In this document: positions 37,900-46,687 of the stretch, piece by piece | Layout of the letters: every line of letters starts with the position of its first letter | How positions within the stretch are numbered: the stretch's first letter is position 1 | Virus record (IMG/VR): IMGVR_UViG_3300030110_003684 | Source of the DNA: an uncultured virus (IMG/VR IMGVR_UViG_3300030110_003684) | Lineage: Duplodnaviria; Heunggongvirae; Uroviricota; Caudoviricetes | Strand: one strand, 5' to 3' | Length of the DNA stretch: 64,000 nt | The notes under the pieces: generated by a model | The model's input: the letters and a program-made list of their open reading frames with translations, nothing else | Told to the model about the DNA's origin: nothing | Database searches by the model: none | Program-made: the position numbers and the translations under genes

Positions 37900-40125
37900 A
37901 TGGCGACTCCTCAATTATCTCCTGGAGTATTGGTAAGGGAGGTTGACCTAACTGTAGGGAGAGCTGATAACGTATTAGATAATATCGGTGCAATCGCTGG
38001 TCCTTTTAGAATAGGACCTGTCGATGAAGCTATTGACATCAGCACAGAACAAGAGTTAATTAACACTTTCGGTAAACCACTATCTACCGATTCCCAGTAT
38101 GAATACTGGATGAGTGCTTCTAACTTTCTTTCTTATGGCGGTGTCCTTAAGGTAGCAAGAACTGCAAATACAAATTTAAGAAACGCAAATGCTGGTGTAG
38201 GTATTGCATCAACATCTGTTCTAAAAGTCTATAACTATGATGATTATCAGAACAACCACACCACTGATGCATCATTCACATACGCTGCTAAGAACCCTGG
38301 TTCATGGGCAGATCAACTGAAAGTCTGTTACATCGATGATGCAGCAGACCAAATTATTGGTATTAACACAACCAGTCTCGCAACCTCAGGTTTCTCAATT
38401 GGATTTGGTGTTACTGCTGCGATCAGTGCTGTACAACCTGGAATTGGAACCACGGGAATCTTTACCGGGGCACTCAAAGGTATCATCACTGGTGTTAACA
38501 CTTCAACTACTGCTTCTCTGAGTACGATTGAAGTTAAGATTGTTTCTCAAGTTTCTTCCGCAGGAACTGAAACAAGAATTTCATACGCTGAAGGAAACGG
38601 ACTTAAGTCTTTTGACGGAAGTGACGCAATCTTCCCTGTTAATGCTGGTGTAAATACCGGATCTGGAACAGATGGTGCTAAGTCATTCACTCCTGTTTCG
38701 CTATCAGTTAAAGATTGGTATGATCAGCAAACTTTAGGTCTTGACAATCAGACTATTTTCTGGAAAACATTAGCACCAAAACCAACCACTAACGTATTCG
38801 TTTCTGATAGACAAGGTTATAATGATGCAATTCATATCGTTGTTGCCGATGACACTGGTTCTGTAACTGGAATTAGAGGTAACATTATTGAGAAGCATCT
38901 CAGTCTTTCCAAGGCAAATGATGCGATCTCTAATGTAAATGCTCCACAGAGAATTTACTACAAAGATTATATCGCAGATTTCTCAGAGAACATCTACGCT
39001 GGATATAATGTTTCTCTCGCAGGTGATGCACATCATGGCACATCACCAAAGGCAACTGGATTTACTACCACTAGTGGAGACTCAAACGCATTTGCTCCTG
39101 TATCAATCTCAGATGGTCAATTCGGTCAAGATGCACAAGGAGTAACATTCTCCTCAGTTGGTAACGTCACCTATCCTCTTCTTAACGGTCTTGATTACGG
39201 CACCGTTAGAGGCGCGATGAAGTCAGAACTCTCTGATACAATGAGAGCATACGATCTCTTCTCTAATAGAGACGAGATTGAGGTAGACTACCTAATCATG
39301 GGTCCTGGTTGCGACACTGAAGCAGAGTCTCAAGCAAAGGCAAACAAATTGATTTCTATCGCTGGCGAGAGAAAAGACTGTATGGCAGTCATTGGACCTC
39401 ACAGAAGTAATCTGGTCAACGTAACTAACGCAAATGACCAAACCGATAACCTGATTAACTACTTCTCTACGCTAAGTTCTTCTTCTTACGCGGTGTTTGA
39501 TAGTGGTTATAAGTATCAGTTTGATAGATTTAATAACGAATTCCGTTATGTTCCTGCAAACGCTGACGTTGCTGGTCTTATGACCCGCACATCGATCGTG
39601 GCATTCCCATGGTTCTCTCCCGCAGGTCAGCAACGCGGTGTTATTAATAACGCTGTTAAACTTGCATACAATCCAAGCAAGGCACAAAGAGACCGTCTCT
39701 ATCCTCAAAGAATCAACTCCTTTATCACAAAACCAGGTATTGGAACACTACTCTTCGGTGATAAGACTGCCCTCGCATATGCATCTGCATTCGATAGAAT
39801 TAATGTTCGCCGCCTGTTCCTTACAGTTGAGCAAGCACTTGAAAGAGCAGCAGAAGCACAACTCTTTGAACTCAATGATGAGTTAACAAGAGCAAACTTT
39901 AGAAACATTGTTGAACCATTCCTCCGTGATGTTCAGGCAAAGAGAGGTCTCTATGGATTCCTCGTTGTTTGTGACTCGTCAAACAACACTCCTGATATCA
40001 TTGATAATAATGAGTTTAGAGCAGACATCTTCCTGAAACCAACGAAGTCGATTAACTACATCACTCTTACGTTTGTTGCCACAAGAACTGGTATTTCTTT
40101 TGAAGAAGTAGCTGGTACAGTTTGA
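37900..40125 (+). CDS. gp18: Tail sheath protein gp18
   Basis: 'LSPGVLVREVDLT', 'PWFSPAG..RG', 'FDRINVRRLFL', 'IFLKPTKSINYITLTFVATRTG'. Confidence 0.97.
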   Translation: MATPQLSPGVLVREVDLTVGRADNVLDNIGAIAGPFRIGPVDEAIDISTEQELINTFGKPLSTDSQYEYWMSASNFLSYGGVLKVARTANTNLRNANAGVGIASTSVLKVYNYDDYQNNHTTDASFTYAAKNPGSWADQLKVCYIDDAADQIIGINTTSLATSGFSIGFGVTAAISAVQPGIGTTGIFTGALKGIITGVNTSTTASLSTIEVKIVSQVSSAGTETRISYAEGNGLKSFDGSDAIFPVNAGVNTGSGTDGAKSFTPVSLSVKDWYDQQTLGLDNQTIFWKTLAPKPTTNVFVSDRQGYNDAIHIVVADDTGSVTGIRGNIIEKHLSLSKANDAISNVNAPQRIYYKDYIADFSENIYAGYNVSLAGDAHHGTSPKATGFTTTSGDSNAFAPVSISDGQFGQDAQGVTFSSVGNVTYPLLNGLDYGTVRGAMKSELSDTMRAYDLFSNRDEIEVDYLIMGPGCDTEAESQAKANKLISIAGERKDCMAVIGPHRSNLVNVTNANDQTDNLINYFSTLSSSSYAVFDSGYKYQFDRFNNEFRYVPANADVAGLMTRTSIVAFPWFSPAGQQRGVINNAVKLAYNPSKAQRDRLYPQRINSFITKPGIGTLLFGDKTALAYASAFDRINVRRLFLTVEQALERAAEAQLFELNDELTRANFRNIVEPFLRDVQAKRGLYGFLVVCDSSNNTPDIIDNNEFRADIFLKPTKSINYITLTFVATRTGISFEEVAGTV

Positions 40126-40134
40126 TAACATTAT

Positions 40135-40141
40135 CTAAATA
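40135..40141 (+). promoter_or_regulatory. T4-like late promoter
   Basis: CTAAATA followed by RBS AGGAGG before gp19. Confidence 0.65.
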
Positions 40142-40160
40142 ACAAAAGGAGGACCAAACA

Positions 40161-40760
40161 ATGGCACAAAAAGAAAACAGAACAATTTCCCAGTTTAAGT
40201 CAGCAATGGTTGGGGGCGGTGCCCGCCCCAATCTATTTGAAGTTGAGATGACTCTTAACGAACTGGATTTTACTTTACCTGGATTTGATGCTACTAACTT
40301 TGCATTTTTATGTAAAGCATCTAATCTGCCTGCTCAAAACGTCGGTTCTATCGATGTTCCTTTTAGAGGAAGAATCTTTAAAGTTGCTGGAGACAGAACT
40401 ATTGATACATGGAGCGTAACCATTATCAATGATGAAGATTTCAATCTTAGAAGAGCATTTGAAGAATGGACTGAGCAAATTGCAAAGTTAGACACTAACC
40501 TTGGTGCAACTAATCCTGATGCGTACATGGCATCTGCTCACGTATACCAACTTGGTAGAGGTAGCAGCAAGAGTAGCAGCAGAAATAGTGGAGAATCAAA
40601 TGTTGTTCTTGCTAAGTATAAGTTTGTAGACATCTTCCCCACGGAAGTTTCTGCAATTGACCTTTCTTACGATTCATCAGACGCTATCGAAGAATTCACC
40701 GTAACCTTCCAGGTTCAATCACTTGAACTGCTTGGTGATGGTGGCGCTGTCAGTGGTTGA
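40161..40760 (+). CDS. gp19: Tail tube protein gp19
   Basis: 'GGGARPNLFEV', 'VPFRGR..KVAGDRT.D.W.VTIINDEDF', 'IEEFTVTF'. Confidence 0.96.
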   Translation: MAQKENRTISQFKSAMVGGGARPNLFEVEMTLNELDFTLPGFDATNFAFLCKASNLPAQNVGSIDVPFRGRIFKVAGDRTIDTWSVTIINDEDFNLRRAFEEWTEQIAKLDTNLGATNPDAYMASAHVYQLGRGSSKSSSRNSGESNVVLAKYKFVDIFPTEVSAIDLSYDSSDAIEEFTVTFQVQSLELLGDGGAVSG

Positions 40761-40766
40761 TAAATA
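40760..40766 (+). promoter_or_regulatory. T4-like late promoter
   Basis: ATAAATA after the gp19 stop, before gp20. Confidence 0.7.
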
Positions 40767-40795
40767 GTTTGAGGATAACCACTATAATATAAATC

Positions 40796-42466
40796 ATGTC
40801 CAAATTATTTGGATTCTCGATTGAGAACTCAGAACCACTATCTCCCGGAGCAGTCTCCCCAGTTCCTCCCAGTAATGAGGATGGGGTTGATCACTACGCT
40901 GGTAGTGGTTTTTTTGGTACTCATGTTGATCTTGAGGGTGTCTTTAGGAATGAGTTTGAACTAATCAAACGATATCGTGAAATGTCACTTCATCCTGAAT
41001 GTGATAGTGCTATTGAAGATATTGTCAATGAAGCAGTTGTATCTGATTCTAACGATAGTCCTGTAGAAATTGAATTATCAAATCTAAATGCTAGTGATGG
41101 CATTAAAAATAAAATTCGCAAAGAGTTTAAGTATATCTTAGATCTTCTTGATTTTGATAAAAAAGCACATGAAATTTATCGTAATTGGTATATTGATGGT
41201 CGCATTTATTATCATAAAATTATCGATTTAAAAAATCCCAACGAGGGTATTCAAGAATTGCGTTATATTGACGCAATGAAAATGCGTTATATTCGTAAGC
41301 AAAAACAGAAACCAGAAGATAGAGCAAACGCTATAGCAAGAATCAATAATAGAAACTCTGATCCAATGGATTATGAGTTTCCTGAGATAGAAGAATATTT
41401 TCTTTATCAACCAAAACTTGCTTATCCAGTTGCAAATCCAACTCAAGCAGGTGGAGACAAGGGAATAAAAATCGCAAAAGACGCAATTTCATATTGCACA
41501 TCTGGTCTTGTTGATCGTAATAAAGGTAATACTTTATCATATCTCCATAAAGCAATCAAATCACTCAATCAACTTAGAATGATTGAGGATTCACTGGTAA
41601 TCTATAGATTGTCCCGCGCTCCAGAACGTAGAATCTTCTATATTGATGTTGGTAACTTACCAAAAATGAAAGCAGAGCAATATCTGCGTGATGTTATGAT
41701 GAGATATCGTAACAAAATGGTTTACGATGCTAATACTGGAGAGATACGTGATGATAAAAAACACATGGCAATGCTTGAGGACTTCTGGCTTCCCAGGCGT
41801 GAAGGTGGAAGAGGAACCGAAATCTCCACTCTCCCTGGCGGACAAAACCTGGGTGAAATCACTGATATTGAATATTTTAAAAAGAAACTCTACCGTTCGC
41901 TTAACGTCCCACCATCACGAATGGATGGAGAAGGTGGGTTTAACTTGGGGAGATCTTCTGAGATCTTAAGAGACGAACTTAAGTTCACTAAGTTTGTTGG
42001 TCGTTTGAGAAAGAGATTCTCCAACATGTTTAATGACATGCTGAAGACACAATTAATCCTAAAAAATGTAATTACTCCTGAAGACTGGCAGTCTATGAGT
42101 GAGCACATTCAATATGATTTCTTGTATGATAATCACTTTTCGGAACTAAAAGAAGCAGAACTCATGAATGAGAGACTGTCTCTTGCAGCAACTGCAGAAC
42201 CATATGTTGGTAAGTATTACTCTCAAGATTATGTTCGTCGTAAAATCTTACGTCAAACTGACATGGAGATTATCGAACAGGATAAATTGATTGAAAAAGA
42301 GATTAAGGATGGTATAATTCTAGATCCAATGACACCTGTTGATCCAGAAACTGGTCAACCTTTGGATAGTGCAGCAAGTATGGATTTAGGAAAACCACAG
42401 ATGGAACCTGACATTGATGGATCTTCAACTGAAGCACCAGAGATGCCCAAGGGTGGTGAGATATAA
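40796..42466 (+). CDS. gp20: Portal vertex protein gp20
   Basis: 'YRLSRAPERRIFYIDVGNLPK.KAEQY', 'EDFWLPRREGGRGTEISTLPGGQNLG'. Confidence 0.98.
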   Translation: MSKLFGFSIENSEPLSPGAVSPVPPSNEDGVDHYAGSGFFGTHVDLEGVFRNEFELIKRYREMSLHPECDSAIEDIVNEAVVSDSNDSPVEIELSNLNASDGIKNKIRKEFKYILDLLDFDKKAHEIYRNWYIDGRIYYHKIIDLKNPNEGIQELRYIDAMKMRYIRKQKQKPEDRANAIARINNRNSDPMDYEFPEIEEYFLYQPKLAYPVANPTQAGGDKGIKIAKDAISYCTSGLVDRNKGNTLSYLHKAIKSLNQLRMIEDSLVIYRLSRAPERRIFYIDVGNLPKMKAEQYLRDVMMRYRNKMVYDANTGEIRDDKKHMAMLEDFWLPRREGGRGTEISTLPGGQNLGEITDIEYFKKKLYRSLNVPPSRMDGEGGFNLGRSSEILRDELKFTKFVGRLRKRFSNMFNDMLKTQLILKNVITPEDWQSMSEHIQYDFLYDNHFSELKEAELMNERLSLAATAEPYVGKYYSQDYVRRKILRQTDMEIIEQDKLIEKEIKDGIILDPMTPVDPETGQPLDSAASMDLGKPQMEPDIDGSSTEAPEMPKGGEI

Positions 42467-42469
42467 ATA
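42462..42469 (+). promoter_or_regulatory. T4-like late promoter
   Basis: TATAAATA overlapping the gp20 stop. Confidence 0.75.
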
Positions 42470-42494
42470 TTACAGTTAATCTTTAGAATTTTAA

Positions 42495-42692
42495 ATGGAA
42501 GACCTATTAGATGCTATTGTGAGTGATGAATCTCCTTCACAAATCAGTGATGGAATCAAAGATTTGTTGTATTCCAAAGCTGCAGAGAGGGTAGATGCAT
42601 TCAAACCTTATGCTGCAAATGCAGTATTTGGTGACGATCAAATCGAAGCAGATATTGAAGATGAGGCACCAGAATCATCTGATGGTGTTTAA
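42495..42692 (+). CDS. Small acidic protein, possible prohead core component (gp67 position)
   Basis: 65 aa, acidic, between gp20 and gp21; function inferred from synteny only. Confidence 0.6.
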   Translation: MEDLLDAIVSDESPSQISDGIKDLLYSKAAERVDAFKPYAANAVFGDDQIEADIEDEAPESSDGV

Positions 42693-42694
42693 TT

Positions 42695-42702
42695 TATAAA
42701 TA
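42695..42702 (+). promoter_or_regulatory. T4-like late promoter
   Basis: TATAAATA upstream of the 198-aa ORF and gp21. Confidence 0.75.
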
Positions 42703-42729
42703 ACTATTATAAATGAATTTTAGGAAATA

Positions 42730-43326
42730 ATGGCGTTAAAACCTGTAGGAAGTGGCGTAAGTTTCGCCATCACAGGAGTGGCAAACACTTCTGCGTTCAT
42801 TTCACATCAGTCTGAATACCTTAGAGTATATTCTCCAGATAAAGATGCCCATGTTGTAGTTGGAACTAATCCAAATGCAGAAACCAGTGATTTGGTAATT
42901 GCAGGTGGTGCTTCTGGAGCAGAGGTTATTTCAATTGGAAGACCTTCTTCGCAGAGAGTTGCAGGTATAACTACTGGAGCAACAACCATTATTGATTTTC
43001 CAGAGGGAACTGGTTCTCCTTTTGAAGTAGGTGATGTTGTTTCACTTACTATAAATAGCACAGCACACCATGCTGTTGGTACTCTTGCTAACGCATATGT
43101 TGGCATTATTACTGCGGTCACAGTTACTTCTGTTAATAATACTGCAGGATTTAGTGGTTTCCATAATACTCGTATTACTTTAAACGCAAATACTTCTGGA
43201 ATTGCCACCGCATTCAATTTCCAATATGCAGAGTTAAGAGATCAATTTAAAGTTTCTGCAGAAGCAATTGACGGGGCTGGAGTATTTTATGCACAACAAA
43301 TTCAAACCGCTGGAGGACCATCCTGA
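42730..43326 (+). CDS. Hypothetical virion protein
   Basis: 198 aa, Gly/Thr/Ala-rich, coupled to gp21 (TGATG). Confidence 0.7.
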   Translation: MALKPVGSGVSFAITGVANTSAFISHQSEYLRVYSPDKDAHVVVGTNPNAETSDLVIAGGASGAEVISIGRPSSQRVAGITTGATTIIDFPEGTGSPFEVGDVVSLTINSTAHHAVGTLANAYVGIITAVTVTSVNNTAGFSGFHNTRITLNANTSGIATAFNFQYAELRDQFKVSAEAIDGAGVFYAQQIQTAGGPS

Positions 43327-43976
43327 TGAAACTGATTAGAGAAGAGGTAGAGTCAGTAGAATTTATTGTCGAATCTAAAAACGGCAAAAAGTCTATGTAT
43401 ATTGAGGGAGTATTCCTTCAAGGAAACATCAAGAACCGTAATGGTCGTATGTATCCTATGGAGACACTTCGTCGTGAAGTTAGTAGATATAACGAAAATC
43501 ATGTTCAGTCAGGTAGAGCACTTGGTGAACTTGGACATCCCGATGGACCAACAGTTAATTTAGATCGTGTATCTCATAAGATTGTTTCTTTAAGAGAGAA
43601 TGGATCTAACTTTATTGGTAAGGCAAAAATTCTAAGTACCCCTATGGGTAAAATTGCATCTTCACTTATTGAAGAAGGTGTAAAACTTGGCGTTTCATCT
43701 CGTGGTATTGGTTCATTAAAGCAGACCCGTGAGGGTGTTAACATTGTCGGTGACGACTTCATGTTAGCAACTGCTGCTGATATCGTTGCTGATCCTTCTG
43801 CTCCCGATGCATTTGTTGAGGGAATTATGGAAGGAAAAGATTGGGTATGGGATGGTGGCATCCTTCGTGAAAAGTATGCTCAAAAAACATACAAACAAAT
43901 CAACACTTTAGTTACTAATAAACAACTTGACGAACAAAAGTTGGATTTGTTCAATAATTTTCTCAATAATCTCTGA
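43326..43976 (+). CDS. gp21: Prohead core protease gp21
   Basis: 'MKLIRE', 'YIEGVFLQ..IKNRNGRMYP', 'ALGELGHP', 'LGVSSRG.GS', 'DIVADPSAPDAFV'. Confidence 0.97.
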   Translation: MKLIREEVESVEFIVESKNGKKSMYIEGVFLQGNIKNRNGRMYPMETLRREVSRYNENHVQSGRALGELGHPDGPTVNLDRVSHKIVSLRENGSNFIGKAKILSTPMGKIASSLIEEGVKLGVSSRGIGSLKQTREGVNIVGDDFMLATAADIVADPSAPDAFVEGIMEGKDWVWDGGILREKYAQKTYKQINTLVTNKQLDEQKLDLFNNFLNNL

Positions 43977-44000
43977 TATTGAGTATAAAATTTATTAATT

Positions 44001-44008
44001 TATAAATA
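44001..44008 (+). promoter_or_regulatory. T4-like late promoter
   Basis: TATAAATA upstream of gp22-gp23. Confidence 0.8.
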
Positions 44009-44045
44009 AATATAGTTTTAAAAAACAGATAAACGGAGCGTTCAA

Positions 44046-45119
44046 ATGTCTCGTGGCACAAAATTACAAGAAATGGAAGTAAAGACACAGCAATCCAAAA
44101 CCGCTGTCAATTCTGGGGCTAAGCCAGCAGATGCAATGGATTCCTCGGTTGCTGCTTCTTACGAAGATCTCGGTGGTCCTACCCCCGAGAACTACAAGCC
44201 TGACGATGACTCGGCAAAACTTAAGGAACCCGGTGGAACACTTAAGCAAGTCAAGGACGTTGTGAATAAAGGTGCAAAACCAGCAGAAGCAGCAAAAGGC
44301 ATGAAAGAAGAAGAGGTTCTTGACACCGAAGAAACCATTGAAGAGGAAGAGACTTCCACTGAAGATGTAGTTGCCGAAGAAGAACTCGTTACCGAGTATG
44401 ATGTCGAAGAAGATGTCAATGCTCTCCTCGGTGGCGAAGAACTCTCTGAAGAATTCAAAGAAAAGGCAAAGACCATCTTTGAAGCAGCAATCAATGCTAA
44501 GGTTGCTGGAATTAAAGAAGAACTTGAGACACAGTATCAAGAGAAGCTTGCTGAGGAAATCGAAGCAGCAAAAGAATCACTCGCAGAGCGTGTTGATTCC
44601 TATCTTGAGTACGTCGCTGACGAGTGGTTTGAAGAAAACGCACTCGCCATCGAAAACGGTCTTAAGACTGAAATGACTGAATCATTCCTTGAAGGAATGA
44701 AGGGTCTATTTGAAGAACATTATGTAACAATCCCTGAAGATAAGTATGATGTACTAGAGAGTATGGTAGAAAAACTTGATGATATGGAGACCAAGCTCAA
44801 CGAGCAAATCGAGAAGAACATTTCACTCAACGGTCGTCTCTCAGAGGCAACTGCTGATGGCATTCTCGATGAGGTTTCTGAGGGACTAGCAGTAACTCAG
44901 AAAGAAAAGCTCGCATCACTTTCCGAAAGTGTTGAGTTTGAAAGTGAAGCACAATATCGTGAAAAACTGGAAACTTTGAAGGAATCATATTTCTCCAAAG
45001 CAACAGTTGCTAAAACTGAAACCCTTTCTGAGGGTGTAGATAGTGCAGAGGGTCTTGAATCCCATTCTGCATCTATGTCAGCATACCTGAGAACCCTGGG
45101 TTCTTTTGGCAAAAACTGA
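44046..45119 (+). CDS. gp22: Prohead core scaffold protein gp22
   Basis: Acidic; 'LSEEFKEKAKTIFEAA', 'VDSYLEYV..EW..EN.LAIE.GLK.E'. Confidence 0.94.
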   Translation: MSRGTKLQEMEVKTQQSKTAVNSGAKPADAMDSSVAASYEDLGGPTPENYKPDDDSAKLKEPGGTLKQVKDVVNKGAKPAEAAKGMKEEEVLDTEETIEEEETSTEDVVAEEELVTEYDVEEDVNALLGGEELSEEFKEKAKTIFEAAINAKVAGIKEELETQYQEKLAEEIEAAKESLAERVDSYLEYVADEWFEENALAIENGLKTEMTESFLEGMKGLFEEHYVTIPEDKYDVLESMVEKLDDMETKLNEQIEKNISLNGRLSEATADGILDEVSEGLAVTQKEKLASLSESVEFESEAQYREKLETLKESYFSKATVAKTETLSEGVDSAEGLESHSASMSAYLRTLGSFGKN

Positions 45120-45157
45120 ATTTAAAATAGTTCAAACAAACACTTAAGGTAAAAGCA

Positions 45158-46588
45158 ATGTTCCAATCTGAAACGTTGCAGGAAAAGTGGAAGCCCCTTC
45201 TTAATGCAGAAGGATGCGATGAGATCAAAGATGCACATCGCAGAGCTGTAACCGCTGTCCTGCTTGAAAACCAAGAAAAATTCCTCCGTGAGCAAACCGC
45301 CTTTGAAACAAGCGGAATGCTGACTGAGCAACCAAACATGAACACCAACTCTGGTGCTAATGCTGGTTTCTCCGCTGACGCTACCGCGACTGGTCCAGTT
45401 GCAGGTTTCGACCCCGTACTGATCTCCTTGATCCGTCGCTCGATGCCTAACCTGGTCGCATATGACCTCGCAGGCGTTCAGCCAATGTCCGGTCCTACTG
45501 GACTCATTTTTGCAATGCGCTCCCGCTACAACACTCAAAGTGGCGACGAAGCATTCTACAACGAAGCAGACACCGGATTCTCTGGATCTGATGCTGGTTT
45601 CGACAACACCACTGGATATTCCCAGAGACAGTCTGGTTTCGGTTCTACCTCTAATGTAGGAACCAACCCTTCAGTCTTGAACCCTGTTGGTACTGCATCC
45701 TCCACTGACTACAACGCTGGTCAGGGAATGCGTACAGACAGTGCTGAAGCACTTGATGGCACTGGAAACAATGCCTTCAACCAGATGGCATTCAGCATTG
45801 AGAAAGTCACTGTAACCGCCAAGTCACGCGCTCTGAAAGCAGAGTACAGCATGGAACTGGCACAGGACCTCAAGGCAATCCACGGTTTGAATGCTGAAGC
45901 AGAACTTGCTAACATTCTCTCCACTGAAATCCTCGCGGAAATCAACAGAGAAGTCATCAGAACCATCTATAAGGTTGCTGAGCAAGGTGCTGTTTCTAAC
46001 ACCGCTACCGCTGGTGTATTTGACCTTGACATCGACTCTAACGGACGTTGGTCTGTTGAGAAGTTCAAAGGTCTCCTGTTCCAAATCGAGCGCGATGCAA
46101 ACGCAATCGCACAAAGAACTCGTCGCGGAAAGGGCAACATCATCATGTGCTCTGCTGACGTTGCGTCTGCACTGACCATGGCTGGTGTGCTCGACTACAC
46201 CCCCGCACTCAACGCTAACCTCAACGTTGATGACACTGGTAACACCTTCGCTGGTGTTCTGCAAGGTAAGTATCGTGTATACATCGATCCTTATTCTGCT
46301 AACCTGAATGCTGCAAACTCAGCAACCAACTCCGGTAACCAGTATTACGTCGTTGGTTATAAGGGTTCTTCCCCTTATGACGCAGGTCTGTTCTACTGCC
46401 CATACGTTCCCCTTCAAATGGTTCGTGCTGTTGGAGAGAACTCCTTCCAGCCCAAAATTGGATTTAAGACCCGCTACGGTCTTGTTTCCAACCCATTCTC
46501 CGAAGGAACCGAGAACGCACGCGGTGGTCAACTCATCGTTAACCAGAACCGCTACTATCGTCGCGTTGCCGTTAAGAACCTCATGTGA
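45158..46588 (+). CDS. gp23: Major capsid protein gp23
   Basis: 'FDPVLISLIRRSMPNL.AYD.AGVQPMSGPTGLIFAMR', 'KSRALKAEYS.ELAQDLKAIHGL', 'GLFYCPYVPLQM', 'FQPKIGFKTRYG'. Confidence 0.99.
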   Translation: MFQSETLQEKWKPLLNAEGCDEIKDAHRRAVTAVLLENQEKFLREQTAFETSGMLTEQPNMNTNSGANAGFSADATATGPVAGFDPVLISLIRRSMPNLVAYDLAGVQPMSGPTGLIFAMRSRYNTQSGDEAFYNEADTGFSGSDAGFDNTTGYSQRQSGFGSTSNVGTNPSVLNPVGTASSTDYNAGQGMRTDSAEALDGTGNNAFNQMAFSIEKVTVTAKSRALKAEYSMELAQDLKAIHGLNAEAELANILSTEILAEINREVIRTIYKVAEQGAVSNTATAGVFDLDIDSNGRWSVEKFKGLLFQIERDANAIAQRTRRGKGNIIMCSADVASALTMAGVLDYTPALNANLNVDDTGNTFAGVLQGKYRVYIDPYSANLNAANSATNSGNQYYVVGYKGSSPYDAGLFYCPYVPLQMVRAVGENSFQPKIGFKTRYGLVSNPFSEGTENARGGQLIVNQNRYYRRVAVKNLM

Positions 46589-46631
46589 TTCAAGTGGTTG
46601 CTGCGGAAGCGGTTGCCCCACATGTCCTTAC

Positions 46632-46659
46632 AGACCTCCCGCAAGGGGGGTCTTTTTTT
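46632..46659 (+). terminator. Rho-independent terminator after gp23
   Basis: AGACCTCCC-GCAA-GGGGGGTCT followed by a T-tract. Confidence 0.9.
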
Positions 46660-46665
46660 ATGGCA

Positions 46666-46672
46666 ATAAATA
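46666..46672 (+). promoter_or_regulatory. T4-like late promoter
   Basis: ATAAATA immediately after the terminator, 15 nt before the halogenase ATG. Confidence 0.65.
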
Positions 46673-46687
46673 TTTAAAAATATTATT

